64,000 bases of DNA from Mycobacteriales bacterium (GCA_035547035.1 DASZVL010000039.1:32808-96807); one strand, 5' to 3'. Counted from the stretch's first letter, positions 40,015 through 51,991 are shown. Numbers and translations: made by a program. Notes: generated from the letters alone by a model not told the origin.

Positions 40015-41734
40015 GCTCTTCGACTGCCGTTGCGAGTGCGACCGTCCGGCGTTCGCCGGTCTTGCGGTCCTTGACCTCGATGTTGCCGTCGACGAGCGCC
40101 TTGCCGACCACGACGATCGTGGGCATTCCGAGCAGGTCCGCGTCGGCGAACTTCGCTCCGGCGGAGCCGTCACGGTCGTCGAGCAGGACCTTGTGGCCCG
40201 CAGCCTCGAGGTCGTCGGCGAGCTTGGTAGCGGCATCGAGCTGCTCGGTGCCCTTGCCGACGGGCACGATGTGGATGTCGTACGGCGCGATGGACGCCGG
40301 CCAGCACAACCCTGAGTCGTCCAGCGTCTGCTCCGCGACGGCCGCAACGGCGCGGCTGACACCAACGCCGTAGGAGCCCATCGTGACGCGGATCGGCTCT
40401 CCCTCGGGTCCCTGCGCGTCGAGACCGAACGCATCGGCGTACTTCTTGCCGAGCTGGAAGACATGGCCGATCTCGATGCCGCGCGCGATCGACAGCTCAC
40501 CACCGCAACGGCCGCACCGGTCACCGTCGCGGATCTCGACCGCGCCGATCTCACCGGCCGGCTCGAAGTCGCGCCCGCGGACGACGTTGGCCGCGTGCTT
40601 GCCGCTCTCGTTCGCTCCGGTGACCCACGCACTTCCCGGCACGACAATGGGATCGACGAGGTAACGAACGCCCCACTCGGCGAGGTGTTGCGGGCCGATG
40701 TAGCCCGGGACGAGGTCCGGCGCGGTCCTGATCAGCTCCGCGTCGGCGACCTCGACCTCGACCGGCTCGAGCTGCCCGGCGAGCCGCTTCATGTCGACCT
40801 CCCGGTCGCCGGGCACGCCGACAACGAGCAGCTCCCACTTGCCCCCCGGCTCGCGCGTCTTCAAGACGACGTTCTTCAGCGTGTCGGCAGCGGTGATCTG
40901 CTCGTCTCGACGCTCGTTGACCACCTCAACGAGCGTCTCGATGGTTGGGGTGTTCGGGGTGTCGAGCACCTCGCTCGGCGGCTTTCCGTGCGGGTCCTCC
41001 GCCTCCGGCGTTCGGATCTCGACGGCTTCGGTGTTGGCCGTGTAGTCGCAGCTCGCGCACTGCACGAAGGTGTCCTCGCCGAACTCCGCGGGCGCGAGAA
41101 ACTCCTCGCTCGCTGAGCCGCCCATCGCGCCCGAGACGGCGAACGCGATGCGGTAGTCCAGGCCCAGTCGGCCGAAGATCCTCTGGTAGGCGCCGCGATG
41201 CGCGTCGTACGACGCCTGCAAGCCGGCGTCGTCAAGGTCGAACGAGTACGAGTCCTTCATGACGAACTCGCGGCCGCGGAGCAGGCCGGCACGGGGGCGG
41301 GCCTCGTCGCGGTACTTGGTCTGGATCTGATACAGCGACACCGGGTAGTCGCGGTACGAGGACAGCTCGCTCTTCACGAGCAGCGTGAACATCTCTTCGT
41401 GCGTCGGGCCGAGCAGGTGCTCTGCTCCCTTCCGGTCCGCCAGCCGGAACAGCGTGTCGCCGTAGGCGGTCCAGCGACCGCTCGACTCGTAGATCTCGCG
41501 CGGGAGCAGCGCCGGGAACTGCACCTCCTGCGCGCCGATCCGGTTCATCTCCTCGCGGACGACGGCGGCGACGTTGTCGAGGATCTTCTTGCCCAGGGGC
41601 AGCCATGTGTAGATACCCGGTGACACGCGGCGGATGTAACCGGCACGCACGAGCAGCCGGTGGCTCGGCAGCTCCGCGTCAGCCGGATCGTCGCGCAGCG
41701 TACGAAGGAACAGCTGCGTCATCCGCGTCACCAT
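40007..41734 (-). CDS. proS: Proline--tRNA ligase (bacterial type with INS editing domain)
   Basis: 575 aa. ...[15 protein letters not shown]..., class II motifs ([17 protein letters not shown]), C-terminal anticodon-binding domain. Alternative ATG at 41722. Confidence 0.97.
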   Translation of the reverse strand: MVTRMTQLFLRTLRDDPADAELPSHRLLVRAGYIRRVSPGIYTWLPLGKKILDNVAAVVREEMNRIGAQEVQFPALLPREIYESSGRWTAYGDTLFRLADRKGAEHLLGPTHEEMFTLLVKSELSSYRDYPVSLYQIQTKYRDEARPRAGLLRGREFVMKDSYSFDLDDAGLQASYDAHRGAYQRIFGRLGLDYRIAFAVSGAMGGSASEEFLAPAEFGEDTFVQCASCDYTANTEAVEIRTPEAEDPHGKPPSEVLDTPNTPTIETLVEVVNERRDEQITAADTLKNVVLKTREPGGKWELLVVGVPGDREVDMKRLAGQLEPVEVEVADAELIRTAPDLVPGYIGPQHLAEWGVRYLVDPIVVPGSAWVTGANESGKHAANVVRGRDFEPAGEIGAVEIRDGDRCGRCGGELSIARGIEIGHVFQLGKKYADAFGLDAQGPEGEPIRVTMGSYGVGVSRAVAAVAEQTLDDSGLCWPASIAPYDIHIVPVGKGTEQLDAATKLADDLEAAGHKVLLDDRDGSAGAKFADADLLGMPTIVVVGKALVDGNIEVKDRKTGERRTVALATAVEELS

Positions 41735-41744
41735 GCGAACAACC

Positions 41745-43040
41745 CTAGATGGCGGTGTCGCTCCGATATTTCAAACACGCGACCTTGACCTCGCCGACGT
41801 CGTACAGCGGCGGGTCGATCAGGTCGTCACGGAAGTCGACCGTCACCGAGTCGCCGTCCGGGCGAACATTGCGAACCCCGCGCCACAGCGGCTCGGTGGG
41901 ATTCTCCTGCCGGATCCGCTCGAGCAGCGCCTCGACGTCCTTGCCCGAGCCGCCTGGTCCCGCGGCAAGCCTCGCACTTGTCGCGGGCCTGTCGACGTTC
42001 TCGAGACTCCCGATCACCGCGCGTTCCTGCTCGTAGGTCTCGGCGGGACGCGACGTCCAGTGCCGCTCGAGCAGATCCGCGAGGTCGCGGCTCTCCCACC
42101 CGCACTGCTCGAACGCGATTGGGCACCTCGGGTGGAACGAGCAGCCCAACGGCGGGCTTGCCGCATCCGGCACCTCGCCTCGCGGCAGGTCCCGGGGCAC
42201 GGCACGAGACGGGTCGGGCTCGGGAATCGCGCGAAGCAGCGCTTGGGTGTAGGGGTGACGCGGGTCGGCGTAGATCTGCTCCGCGGGTCCGTACTCGACC
42301 ACCCGGCCGAGGTACATGATCGCGATCGTGTCGCAGAAGAACTTCGCGGTCGCGAGATCGTGCGTCACATAGAGGTAGGTGAGGCCGAGATCGCGCTTGA
42401 GGTCGAGCATCAGCTCGAGGATGCGGGCTCGAACGCTCATGTCGAGCATCGAGACGGGCTCGTCCGCCACGAGCAGGTCAGGGCCGCAGATCACGGCGCG
42501 GGCAAGCACCGCGCGCTGCTTCTGACCGCCGGAGAGGTCACCGGGGAACTTGGACATGTAGCGCTCGGCGGGTGCCAGGCCGACCCGTTCGAGCGCCTCA
42601 GCGACGCGCGTCTCGCGCTCGTCCTTGTCGCTCGCGAGCTTGTGGATCTGAAGCGGATGGCCGACTGCCTGCGCGATCGTCATCGCGGGGTTGAGTGACG
42701 CGTTGGGATCCTGGAACACCATCTGCATCCGCCGTCGAAGCGGGCGTAGGCGCGACTCGCGCAGGCTTGTCACGTCAAGGCCGTCGAAGCGAACCGTGCC
42801 GCTCGTCACGGGCACCGTGCGCAGTGCAGCGCGGCCGAGCGTCGTCTTGCCGCTGCCGGACTCCCCCACGACACCCAGCACCTCGCCGCGGCGCAGCGAC
42901 AGCGTCACCCCGTCGACCGCCTTCACCGACCCGACGTCGCGACCTGCCATTCGCTGCAGGAAGCTTCCGCGCAGCCCGAAGTGAACTCGAACGTCGTCGA
43001 GCTCGAGCAGCGGAGCTTCGCTGCGCGGCGCGTCAGACAT
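41745..43040 (-). CDS. Peptide/nickel ABC transporter ATP-binding protein (OppF/DppF-like) with a C-terminal extension of about 110 aa
   Basis: Walker [10 protein letters not shown], signature LSGGQKQR, Walker B LLVADEP, oligopeptide C-terminal region ...FHPRCP..., followed by an unassigned tail. Start taken at the ATG at 43040 (MSDAPRSE...). Confidence 0.88.
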   Translation of the reverse strand: MSDAPRSEAPLLELDDVRVHFGLRGSFLQRMAGRDVGSVKAVDGVTLSLRRGEVLGVVGESGSGKTTLGRAALRTVPVTSGTVRFDGLDVTSLRESRLRPLRRRMQMVFQDPNASLNPAMTIAQAVGHPLQIHKLASDKDERETRVAEALERVGLAPAERYMSKFPGDLSGGQKQRAVLARAVICGPDLLVADEPVSMLDMSVRARILELMLDLKRDLGLTYLYVTHDLATAKFFCDTIAIMYLGRVVEYGPAEQIYADPRHPYTQALLRAIPEPDPSRAVPRDLPRGEVPDAASPPLGCSFHPRCPIAFEQCGWESRDLADLLERHWTSRPAETYEQERAVIGSLENVDRPATSARLAAGPGGSGKDVEALLERIRQENPTEPLWRGVRNVRPDGDSVTVDFRDDLIDPPLYDVGEVKVACLKYRSDTAI

Positions 43041-44931
43041 GGAGCCAGCATTCAACGGGGTGACCGCCGCCCAGCTCGACCGGCTGCGGGAACCGTTCAG
43101 CGCAGACAGCCATGACGTCGGGGCAGCGCGGATGGAACCGGCAGCCCGACGGCGGTGCCAGCAGGTCCGGCGGCGAGCCCTCGATGTAGTGCAACCCGCT
43201 CGTCGTAAGGCTGATCGTGGATGCCAGCAGCTCGCGCGTGTAGGGGTGCTGCGGCTCCGCGAAGACGCTCGACACCGGTCCCTGCTCGACGATTCGCCCG
43301 GCGTACATCACGGCGATGCGATCACAGGCCTCGGCCACGATTCCGAGGTTGTGCGTGATGAACAGGATCGAGGTGTCGAAGCTGCGCTTGATGTCAGCCA
43401 GGATCGCGAGGATCTGCGCCTCGACGAGGACATCCAGGGCGGTTGTCGGCTCGTCCGCGACGACGAATCGCGGGTTCAGCACGAGGGCGAGCGCGATGAG
43501 GATCCGCTGCCGCATCCCACCTGAGAACTCGTACGGGTAGTTGTCGAACCGCGTCGGAGGGATGCCCATCTTGCCGAGGACATCGAGCGAGCGACGGCGG
43601 ATCTCCGCATCGCTGAGCTGCGGCTCGTGGGTTCGCAACGCCTCAGCGAAGTGCGCGCTGACACGCATCAGCGGGTCGAGCCGTGTCATCGGCTCCTGGA
43701 AGATCATGCCGAGCGACGGCCCCCGCAGCCAGCGCAAGTCCTCGGGCGCGAGAGTAACCAGGTTCTGCCCCTCGAACTCCGCGATGCCGTCGCTGCGCGC
43801 GCCGGGCGGCAGCAGTCCGAGCAGGCCGCGCGCGAGCGTCGACTTGCCGCAGCCGGACTCACCGACGACACCGAGTGTCTCGCCCTGTCGGACATCGAGG
43901 GAGACGCCGTCGACGGCTTGGACCGGACCCCGCTCGGTGCCGTACCAGACCCGCAAGTCACGCACCTTGATGACCGGGACTCCGGGCGCCTCGGGAGCCA
44001 ACGCAGGTTCCTGGTCGGTCTTCGACATTGTCATGTCACTGAACCGTCGTTGGCGCAGCAGCGGGTTGATCGAGTCGTTGAGGCTCTCGCCGACGAGGGT
44101 CAGGCCCGTCACCAACAGGATGATGGCGAGACCTGGGAACAGTCCGGTCCACCAGTAGCCGGCCTGGGCGTCGTCGATGCCTCGTGAGATGTCGTAGCCC
44201 CACTCCGCGGCCGCGGACGGGTCGATCCCGATTCCCAGGAAGGACAGCGCGGCCAGGGTGAGAATCGCGTCCGCCGCGTTGAGCGACGCGATGACCGGGA
44301 CCGACTGGACGACGTTGGTGAAGACGTAACGGCGAATCACGGTGCGGGGTCGTGCGCCGAGGACCCGGCCCGCCTCGACGTACGGCTCCTCGCGAACCGA
44401 CAGGACGCTGTTGCGCACGACCCGGAAGTACTGCGGGATGTAGATGACGGTGATCGCGATGGCCGCAGTCGCGACACCCCCGCCAATCGATCCTTGCAGC
44501 AGGAACGCGATGACGATCGCGAGCAGCAGGTACGGGAAGGCGATCAGCGAGTCGTTGATCAGCACGAGGATCCGGTCGAGCCAGCCGCCGAAGTAGCCGG
44601 AGATCAACCCGAGCGGGACGCCGACGGCGACGCTCAGGACGAGTGCAAGCACGACCACCTCGAGCGAGGTACGCGCTCCCCAGATCACGCGGGACAGCAC
44701 GTCGTCGGACTGCACGGTCGTGCCGAGCAGGTGGTGCATCGACGGCGCGGCCTGCTGAGGGAAGCGAATTCCGTGATCCAGGTACTGGTTGAACCCGTAA
44801 GGCGCGATCAACGGCGCGAAGATCGCCAGCACCACGAACAACCCGGTCAATGACAGGCCGACCCACAGGAGCACGCGAGGCAGGCCGCGCGCGGCGAACA
44901 GTGGGGCGAGCATCCGCCGAAGGCCGCGCAT
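43033..44931 (-). CDS. Fused peptide ABC transporter permease (DppC/OppC-like) and ATP-binding (DppD/OppD-like) protein
   Basis: Residues 1-297 form a 6-TM permease ending ...GESLNDSINPLLRQRRF. The ATPase begins around MTMSKTDQEP... with Walker A GESGCGKST, signature FSGGMRQR and Walker B VVADEP. Confidence 0.88.
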   Translation of the reverse strand: MRGLRRMLAPLFAARGLPRVLLWVGLSLTGLFVVLAIFAPLIAPYGFNQYLDHGIRFPQQAAPSMHHLLGTTVQSDDVLSRVIWGARTSLEVVVLALVLSVAVGVPLGLISGYFGGWLDRILVLINDSLIAFPYLLLAIVIAFLLQGSIGGGVATAAIAITVIYIPQYFRVVRNSVLSVREEPYVEAGRVLGARPRTVIRRYVFTNVVQSVPVIASLNAADAILTLAALSFLGIGIDPSAAAEWGYDISRGIDDAQAGYWWTGLFPGLAIILLVTGLTLVGESLNDSINPLLRQRRFSDMTMSKTDQEPALAPEAPGVPVIKVRDLRVWYGTERGPVQAVDGVSLDVRQGETLGVVGESGCGKSTLARGLLGLLPPGARSDGIAEFEGQNLVTLAPEDLRWLRGPSLGMIFQEPMTRLDPLMRVSAHFAEALRTHEPQLSDAEIRRRSLDVLGKMGIPPTRFDNYPYEFSGGMRQRILIALALVLNPRFVVADEPTTALDVLVEAQILAILADIKRSFDTSILFITHNLGIVAEACDRIAVMYAGRIVEQGPVSSVFAEPQHPYTRELLASTISLTTSGLHYIEGSPPDLLAPPSGCRFHPRCPDVMAVCAERFPQPVELGGGHPVECWLHV

Positions 44932-45974
44932 CAGAACCTCACCCGCGGATCGATCCAGGCGTTGACGACGTCGATCAGCAAGCTGATCACGACCACGGAG
45001 AGCGTGAACGCGGTGACGATGCCCTGCACGGCGGTGTAGTCGCGAGACTCCAGGTAGAAGACGAGCCGGTTGCCGATCCCGGGCCAGTTGAAGGTCTGCT
45101 CGGTGAGAACGGCCCCGGACATGAGCAGGGCCGCCTGCAGACCGGTGATGGTCACGATCGGGACCAGGGCGTTGCGCAGCGCGTGCCGGACCACTACGCC
45201 GCGCTCGCCGATGCCGCGCGCCCGAGCCGCTTCGATGTAGTCACCGCGCAGGGTCTGGATCACGTTCACGCGAACCAACCGGATCACGACGCCCGAGATG
45301 GTCAGTCCGAGCACGCAGGCCGGCAGGACGAGGTGCTTGAGCAGATCGGGGAGCGCACTCCACTTGCCGTCGATCATCGCGTCGAGAATCAGCAGGTTGG
45401 TGTGTGACTTGATGTCGAGCTGGGTGACCACGCCGGCCTGGCTCGTCGTGGGCAACCAGCCGAGCACGTGCCCGAACAGCTCCTGCGCGAGCAGCCCGAG
45501 GAAGAACACGGGTGCGGCGTAGATCACGATGCCGAACATCCGCGAGGAGACATCCACCCACGTGTCGCGCATTCGGCCGGCGAGCAGCCCGAGCGGGATC
45601 CCGACCATGACCGCGACGAACATCGCGGCGATCGTCAGCTCGAGCGTCGCCCCGCCGTTCTGCTCGATGATCTGGGTGACCGGCCGGTTGTCGGTGATCG
45701 TCGTGCCGAAGTTCCCGCTGAAGACCTGCTTGAGGTAGTCGCCGTACTGCACGATCAGCGGCTTGTTGAACCCCGCCTGCGCCTCTCGCACCTTCAGCGC
45801 GGCCGGCGTGAGGTGAGCACCCACGGAGGCCGCGATCGGGTTGCCGGGTGCAACCCGCATCAAGAGGAAGACGATGGTGAGCAGGATGAACACCATCGGT
45901 ACGACCAGGAGCAGCCGCGTCAGGATGTAGCGACGCAGCGACCCTGTGTTCTTTGACGCAGAGCCGGACGACAC
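44931..45974 (-). CDS. Peptide ABC transporter permease (DppB/OppB-like)
   Basis: 347 aa. ...YILTRLLLVVPMVFILLTIVFLLMR... with the EAA-like loop ...YIEAARARGIGERGVVVRHALRNAL... Confidence 0.9.
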   Translation of the reverse strand: MSSGSASKNTGSLRRYILTRLLLVVPMVFILLTIVFLLMRVAPGNPIAASVGAHLTPAALKVREAQAGFNKPLIVQYGDYLKQVFSGNFGTTITDNRPVTQIIEQNGGATLELTIAAMFVAVMVGIPLGLLAGRMRDTWVDVSSRMFGIVIYAAPVFFLGLLAQELFGHVLGWLPTTSQAGVVTQLDIKSHTNLLILDAMIDGKWSALPDLLKHLVLPACVLGLTISGVVIRLVRVNVIQTLRGDYIEAARARGIGERGVVVRHALRNALVPIVTITGLQAALLMSGAVLTEQTFNWPGIGNRLVFYLESRDYTAVQGIVTAFTLSVVVISLLIDVVNAWIDPRVRF

Positions 45975-45997
45975 CTAAAGCGCTTCAGGCAGCTCGA

Positions 45998-47581
45998 TCA
46001 GCTCTTGCCGACCATCCAGAACCGGAACGTGTACGACGGGTCCAGCGTCTGCTGCACGCCGGTGATGCCGGAGTGCACCGCTGCAACCTGACCGCCCTGC
46101 CAGATCGGGACGACCGGCACGGTCTGCGCGAGCACGGTCTGCATGGTCGCAAAGTCGGCCAGGCGCTTCGTGTTGTTCGTCTGCGCCTGCTCTGCACTGA
46201 TCAAGTGCGTGACCTGGCTGTTGCAGTAGCTGTCGTCCAGGAACGACGCCTTGTCGCAGCCGAAGAACGGCGCCGTGTAGTCGTCCGCGTCCGGGTAGTC
46301 CGGGAACCAGCCGAACAGGAACACGCCGTAGCCGTTGGACAGAGCGGACTTCTCGTACGTCGCCCACTCAGCGGTCTGCAGCTTGACCTTGAACAGCCCG
46401 CTTGCGTTGAGCTCACGCATGAGCTCGGTGGCAAGGTCCGCATCGTTGTAGTGGTTGACGTTGTACCAGAGCGTGAACGACACCGGAGTGGTCACACCGG
46501 CCGCGGCCAGCGTCGCCTTCGCCTTCGCAACGTTCGGACCCGCGCCATACGCCGTCTTCAACGCTTCGGTGGCCCCGTTGAGACCTTGCGGCACGATCGA
46601 GTACGCGGGCTGGACGGTGCCTCGGTACACCTGCGAGGCGATTGTCGACCGGTCGATGACCTGTGCGGCCGCCTGCCGGATCGCGAGGCCCTTGGCATCC
46701 GTGGTGCCCGGCCCGAGCTTCTCGTTGAAGACCAGGTAGCGGATCTCGATGCCCTTGCCCTGCACGAGGGAGATGCCCGACGAGCCCTGCAGCGCCTGCA
46801 GCTGCGTCGGCGAGAGCGTGCGGTAAGCGATGTCGACCGTGCCGGATTGCGCGTCCGAGACGAGCGTCGAGGCATCTTGCTCGTACTTCACGATGAACTT
46901 CGAGTTGTTGAGCTGGTCAGTCCCGCCGTAGTGCGGGTTGGGAGTGAACTCCGCGACCTGGTTCGGTGTATAGCTGGACAGCTGGTACGGGCCGGAGCCG
47001 ATGACCTTGCCGTCGGCGAGCAGCTTGTTGGCCGGGAAGACCTTCGAGTCGACAATCGCGCCGGCCGCCGTCGTCAGGACGTACGGCCACGCGGCGTCCG
47101 GCGCCTTGAGCGTGAACGTCACCGTGTTGCCCGATGCGGTCACCTTCTTCATCGGGCCGAAGAGGCTCGCCGGACCATCCGGGCTGTTGATCTTGAGAAC
47201 GCGGTTGAAGGAGTAGACGACGTCCTGCGCAGTAAGCGGGTCCCCGTTGGAGAACGTCTGACTGCCGACCAGGGAGCAGACGTAGGTCGTCGTGCCGTGC
47301 CACGCGCACTTCGCGGCCTCAGGCGCGATGTTGCTCGTGCCGGCAGGCACTTGCAGCAGTGTTTGGTAGACGTTGTACATCAGCGTCCACGAAGGCAGGT
47401 CGTAGGCGCCCGCCGGGTCTGCGGAGACGATCGTGTCGGTTGTCCCGAGCACAACCGTCGGCTTCGAGCCGGTCGATCCCCCACCGCCGGGGCTGGTGGT
47501 GCCCCCGCTGCTGCTGGAACCACACGCCACCGCGCCGAGAACCAGCGCAAGACCGACCGCTCCGAAACCGACTTTCCGCAT
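45998..47581 (-). CDS. Peptide/nickel ABC transporter substrate-binding lipoprotein (family 5)
   Basis: Trimmed from track ORF 45998..47821 to MRKVGFGAVGLALVLGAVACG (lipobox). AAGGAG SD 8 nt upstream. Size and pattern match family-5 SBPs. Confidence 0.88.
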   Translation of the reverse strand: MRKVGFGAVGLALVLGAVACGSSSSGGTTSPGGGGSTGSKPTVVLGTTDTIVSADPAGAYDLPSWTLMYNVYQTLLQVPAGTSNIAPEAAKCAWHGTTTYVCSLVGSQTFSNGDPLTAQDVVYSFNRVLKINSPDGPASLFGPMKKVTASGNTVTFTLKAPDAAWPYVLTTAAGAIVDSKVFPANKLLADGKVIGSGPYQLSSYTPNQVAEFTPNPHYGGTDQLNNSKFIVKYEQDASTLVSDAQSGTVDIAYRTLSPTQLQALQGSSGISLVQGKGIEIRYLVFNEKLGPGTTDAKGLAIRQAAAQVIDRSTIASQVYRGTVQPAYSIVPQGLNGATEALKTAYGAGPNVAKAKATLAAAGVTTPVSFTLWYNVNHYNDADLATELMRELNASGLFKVKLQTAEWATYEKSALSNGYGVFLFGWFPDYPDADDYTAPFFGCDKASFLDDSYCNSQVTHLISAEQAQTNNTKRLADFATMQTVLAQTVPVVPIWQGGQVAAVHSGITGVQQTLDPSYTFRFWMVGKS

Positions 47582-47631
47582 GCGACGACTCCTTATGACG
47601 CGATACGCCGCATCCAATCGAATCTTGCGAC

Positions 47632-48459
47632 TCAAAACAAGATCGAGGCGAATACTCCTACCTCGGTGAACCCCACGCGCTCGTAGGCGCGCCGCGCAGG
47701 TGCGTTGAAGTCGTTCACGTACAGCGACACCACCGGGGCGACGTCGCGGAGGCATGACGCGACGACAGCAGCCATGCCGGGAACCGACAGCCCGCGGCCG
47801 CGCAGTCGCGGATCCACCCACACGCCCTGCACCTGACAGGCGGCGTTCGTTGCGGCGCCGATCTCCGCCTTGAAGACAACGCGCTCGTCCTCGAAGCGCG
47901 CAAACGCCCGACCACTGCTGACGAGCTCGCGCACCCTCGCGCGGTACAGCACGCCGCCGTCGCCCGCCACCGGCGACACGCCGACCTCCTCGGTGAACAT
48001 CGCGATGCTCGCCGGGAGCAGGATCTCGAGCTCGTCGAGTCGCACTCGTCGTACTGCCGTGTCCGGCGGGATCGGTGAGTACGCGGTCGTCATCATGAGC
48101 GGCTGACGCATCCGGACCTCACGAGCCGGGCCCCAGTGCGGCTCGAGCCTTTCCCACATGACGGACACCAGATCAGCGGGGCCGACGATCGACGAGCAGC
48201 GCCGGCCCTGCCGTGCGGCATGATCGGCGAAGGCATGGACGGCGTCGCAGTCCGACCCGATAGGGATCAGGTTGGCGCCGGCATAGCAGAGCGAGGTCGG
48301 CCGGCTGCCCTTGCCGTAACCCCACACCTGCGCGCCCAGCCGCTCCGGAGCGAGTCCCGCGGCGTGGACACGAGAGGCCACGAAGACGTTGCCGACCGGG
48401 TCGGCATCGAGCAGGTCGAGGACGGCAGACAGGTCCCTGTCGTCGAGGACGCTCAGCAT
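47632..48459 (-). CDS. GNAT family N-acetyltransferase (DUF4081 N-terminal domain; Rv2867c-like)
   Basis: ...DLLDADPVGNVFVASRV... at the N-terminus. C-terminal GNAT core ...VWVDPRLRGRGLSVPGMAAVV... Conserved position next to ispG. Confidence 0.8.
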   Translation of the reverse strand: MLSVLDDRDLSAVLDLLDADPVGNVFVASRVHAAGLAPERLGAQVWGYGKGSRPTSLCYAGANLIPIGSDCDAVHAFADHAARQGRRCSSIVGPADLVSVMWERLEPHWGPAREVRMRQPLMMTTAYSPIPPDTAVRRVRLDELEILLPASIAMFTEEVGVSPVAGDGGVLYRARVRELVSSGRAFARFEDERVVFKAEIGAATNAACQVQGVWVDPRLRGRGLSVPGMAAVVASCLRDVAPVVSLYVNDFNAPARRAYERVGFTEVGVFASILF

Positions 48460-48474
48460 CGCCGACCGCGCCGC

Positions 48475-49593
48475 TTACCCGATCGAGACGCTGGGCTCGC
48501 CGGATTCGACGCCGTCGGCTTCCATCTCCTCGGCGAGTCGCATGGCCTCCTCGACCAGCGTCTCGACGATCTGGGCCTCCGGAACCGTCTTGATGACCTC
48601 GCCCCTGACGAAGATCTGGCCCTTGCCGTTGCCCGACGCGACGCCCAGATCGGCCTCCCGCGCCTCACCGGGTCCGTTCACGACGCAACCCATGACAGCA
48701 ACCCGCAACGGGACCGTCATGCCCTCGAGCCCGGCCTGCACCTTGTCCGCCAGGGTGTACACGTCGACCTGTGCGCGTCCGCAGGACGGACACGACACGA
48801 TCTCGAGACGGCGCCGGCGCAACCCGAGCGACTCGAGGATCGCGATCCCGACCTTGACCTCTTCGACCGGCGGCGCGGACAGCGACACCCGAATCGTGTC
48901 ACCGATCCCTTCGGCGAGCAACGCACCGAACGCGACCGCCGACTTGATCGTGCCCTGGAACAGCGGACCGGCTTCAGTCACGCCGAGATGAAGCGGGTAG
49001 TCACAACGCTCGGCGAGCAGCTGGTACGCCGAGACCATCACCACTGGGTTGTGGTGCTTGACCGAGATCTTGATGTCGCGGAAGCCGTGCTCCTCGAACA
49101 GTGAGCACTCCCAGAGGGCGCTCTCGACCAGCGCCTCCGGCGTCGCGCTGCCGTGCTTCTCGAGAAAGCGCTTGTCGAGCGACCCGGCATTGACGCCGAT
49201 CCGGATCGGAATCCCGGTCGCCTTGGCCGCCTCGGCGACCTCCTTGACCCGGCCGTCGAACTCCTTGATGTTGCCGGGGTTCACGCGAACTGCGGCGCAT
49301 CCGGCATCGATCGCGGTGAAGATGTAGCGCGGCTGGAAGTGGATGTCCGCGATCACCGGGATCTGGGAATGCTTGGTGATCTCCGGAAGTGCGTCCGCGT
49401 CGTCCTGGCTCGGCACTGCTACTCGCACGATCTGGCAGCCCGCCGCGGTCAGCTCTGCGATCTGCTGCAGCGTCGCGTCGACGTCTACCGTCTTGGTCGT
49501 CGTCATCGACTGCACGCTGACCGGTGCGTCGCCGCCGACCGCCACGTTGCCCACGTGGATCTGCCGACTGGATCGGCGAGGAGCGAGGCTCAT
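48475..49593 (-). CDS. ispG: 4-hydroxy-3-methylbut-2-en-1-yl diphosphate synthase (IspG/GcpE)
   Basis: 372 aa. ...VSVQSMTTT..., ...[12 protein letters not shown]..., Fe-S cysteines SCPSCGR and GCVVNGPGE. Confidence 0.98.
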   Translation of the reverse strand: MSLAPRRSSRQIHVGNVAVGGDAPVSVQSMTTTKTVDVDATLQQIAELTAAGCQIVRVAVPSQDDADALPEITKHSQIPVIADIHFQPRYIFTAIDAGCAAVRVNPGNIKEFDGRVKEVAEAAKATGIPIRIGVNAGSLDKRFLEKHGSATPEALVESALWECSLFEEHGFRDIKISVKHHNPVVMVSAYQLLAERCDYPLHLGVTEAGPLFQGTIKSAVAFGALLAEGIGDTIRVSLSAPPVEEVKVGIAILESLGLRRRRLEIVSCPSCGRAQVDVYTLADKVQAGLEGMTVPLRVAVMGCVVNGPGEAREADLGVASGNGKGQIFVRGEVIKTVPEAQIVETLVEEAMRLAEEMEADGVESGEPSVSIG

Positions 49594-49601
49594 TTGTCCT
49601 T

Positions 49602-50786
49602 CTACTGCAGGCTGATCGGGTTTGTGATGCCGGCGTAGAGCAGGATCAGCGACAGCCCCACGAATACCGCAAACACAGCGTAGGTCACGGGTAGCACCTT
49701 CATGATGTCCACGCGACCAGGGTCTCGCCGCCCGATGACGCGATAGAGGCGAGTGCGACCTTCTTCGAAGCCGAGGATCGCGACGTGCCCGCCGTCGAAG
49801 GGCAGCAGCGGCAACATGTTGGACAGCCCGACGAACAGGTTCAGCTCGGCGAGGATCAGCACCAGCGACGCGACGATGCTGCCGAACGACGCGCCCGAGT
49901 CCGCGATCTGGCCGCTGACCCGCGCGACGTCGACGATGCTCGCGGCCGAGGTGTCGCTGCGGTGGCCCCCCGAGAGGATCTGGCCGACCTCGTGCGGCAG
50001 GCCGGCGATCGCGCTTCCGGTCGAGGACATGAAGTCGCCGAGCAGAGTGAAGGTTCGGCCGAAGGACCCACTGACCGTCACCGGCGCGGCGTGGGCCTCG
50101 GTCTCTACGCCGATCCGCCCTTGCACCTTCTTGCCGACCTGGAACGCGACCGGCGTCACCGTTGCCGACCGCGTGGCGCCGTCACGCTGATAGGTGAGGG
50201 CGACCGGCTTGCCGGGGCTGTTGCGAAGGACGCTGAGGAAGTTCGCGCCCGAGGAGTCGAGCTTGTGCCCATTGATTGCGAGCACGACGTCACCGGTTTG
50301 AAGAATCCCGTAAGCCGGAGCCGTCGGCGCGTCCTTCTTGCACGCGCCGGAACCGGAAGCAGTGATGCACTTGCTGACCGTCATCACCTGCAGACCGTCG
50401 GTTCGAACCGGGTCCTCACCGGTCGCGGCGAGCACTGCGAACACCAGCACGATGGCGATCACGAAGTGGACGAAGGAGCCCGCGCACAGGACGACCAGCC
50501 GCTTGGCGGCGGGCTGCTTGTAGAACGCCCGATCCTCGTCGGCTGGGTCGATCGGCTCCAGGGACGTCATTCCGTCGATCTTCACGAAGCCGCCGAGCGG
50601 CAGCGCCTTGACGCCGTACTCGGTCTCCCCGCGCCGGGTCGACCACAGCGTTGGCCCGAACCCGACGAAGAACCGAGACGCCTTCATCCCGAAGGCCTTG
50701 GCGGTGCTGAAGTGACCGACCTCGTGGAGCATGATCGACACGAGCAGCCCGACCGAGAACACGATCACGCCGACCGCGTAGCTCAT
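49602..50786 (-). CDS. M50 family site-2 protease (Rip1/RseP-like) with PDZ domain
   Basis: HEVGHF zinc motif in TM1, a central PDZ-like region, and a C-terminal ...LLPFDGGHV... (NPDG-like) motif. Confidence 0.92.
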   Translation of the reverse strand: MSYAVGVIVFSVGLLVSIMLHEVGHFSTAKAFGMKASRFFVGFGPTLWSTRRGETEYGVKALPLGGFVKIDGMTSLEPIDPADEDRAFYKQPAAKRLVVLCAGSFVHFVIAIVLVFAVLAATGEDPVRTDGLQVMTVSKCITASGSGACKKDAPTAPAYGILQTGDVVLAINGHKLDSSGANFLSVLRNSPGKPVALTYQRDGATRSATVTPVAFQVGKKVQGRIGVETEAHAAPVTVSGSFGRTFTLLGDFMSSTGSAIAGLPHEVGQILSGGHRSDTSAASIVDVARVSGQIADSGASFGSIVASLVLILAELNLFVGLSNMLPLLPFDGGHVAILGFEEGRTRLYRVIGRRDPGRVDIMKVLPVTYAVFAVFVGLSLILLYAGITNPISLQ

Positions 50787-51979
50787 CGCACCCCACCCGT
50801 CAGCTGCTGCGCACGCTCACGCGCCCAGCGCTCAGCCTCGTCCACCTCAGCCAGGGTAAGCCGCGATCCTGAAGACGGCCGATGCTCGCCCAGCACCTCG
50901 GCGATGGTGTCGACGATCTGCAGGAAGCCGATCCGGTCCGCAACGAACGCGGCAACCACCTCTTCGTTAGCGGCGTTGAACACCGCCGGTGCGGTGCCAC
51001 CCGCCCGGCCCGCCTCGCGCGCCAGATCCACTGCTGTGAAGGTGACCGTGTCCAGCGGCTCGAACGTCCAGCTCGCCGCCTGGGTCCAGTCGTTTGCCGG
51101 TGCCGCATCAGGCACCCGCTCCGGCCATGCCAGGGCAAGCGCGATCGGCAAGTGCATGTCGGGGGGGCTCGCGACAGCAACCGTGGTGCCGTCGACGTAC
51201 TCGACCATCGAGTGGACGATCGACTGCGGATGTACGACGACGTCGATCGCGTCGAACGGCACGTCGAAGAGCCAGTGCGCCTCGATCAGCTCCAGGCCCT
51301 TGTTGACCAGTGTGGCCGAGTTCAGCGTGATGACCGGACCCATGTCCCAAGTCGGGTGGGCCATCGCTTCGGCCTTCGTGACCGTTTCGAGGTCGCGTCG
51401 GCTCCGCCCTCGAAACGGACCGCCGCTAGCGGTGAGGACAAGACGACGAACGTCACTTGCCGTACCAGCCCGCAGGCACTGTGCGAGGGCAGAGTGCTCG
51501 GAGTCGACCGGCACGATCTGGCCGGGCTTCGCCCGCTCGGCGACCAGCTGGCCGCCCGCGATGAGCGACTCCTTGTTGGCCAGTGCGAGCGTCGACCCGG
51601 CGTCGAGAGCGGCCAGAGTGGGCTCGAGCCCGACGGAGCCGGTCATCGCGTTGAGGACGACATCACACGGCCAGCCGGCGACTTCCGCAGCCGCCTGCGG
51701 GCCGGCGAGCAACTTGGGCAGCCGGTAGTCGCCCGTGTCGTACCCGCGTCGCTGCGCTTCGGCGTACAGAGCAAGCTGGACGTCCTCGAGCGCCGACGGC
51801 TTCGCCACGGCAACGACGTCGGCCTCGAGCTCGACCGCCTGCTTGGCCAGCAGCTGGGGCCGATCCCCGCCTGCGGCGAGGCCGACGACGCGGAACCGAT
51901 CAGGGTTGTCGCGCACCAGGTCGATCGCCTGGGTCCCGACCGATCCGGTCGAGCCCAGGATCACGATGTCGCGGGTCAC
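50783..51979 (-). CDS. dxr: 1-deoxy-D-xylulose-5-phosphate reductoisomerase
   Basis: ...[12 protein letters not shown]..., ...LANKESL..., ...DSEHSA..., ...HPTWDMG... Its stop overlaps the M50 ATG (ATGA). Confidence 0.98.
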   Translation of the reverse strand: MTRDIVILGSTGSVGTQAIDLVRDNPDRFRVVGLAAGGDRPQLLAKQAVELEADVVAVAKPSALEDVQLALYAEAQRRGYDTGDYRLPKLLAGPQAAAEVAGWPCDVVLNAMTGSVGLEPTLAALDAGSTLALANKESLIAGGQLVAERAKPGQIVPVDSEHSALAQCLRAGTASDVRRLVLTASGGPFRGRSRRDLETVTKAEAMAHPTWDMGPVITLNSATLVNKGLELIEAHWLFDVPFDAIDVVVHPQSIVHSMVEYVDGTTVAVASPPDMHLPIALALAWPERVPDAAPANDWTQAASWTFEPLDTVTFTAVDLAREAGRAGGTAPAVFNAANEEVVAAFVADRIGFLQIVDTIAEVLGEHRPSSGSRLTLAEVDEAERWARERAQQLTGGVR

Positions 51980-51991
51980 GCTCCCATGATC

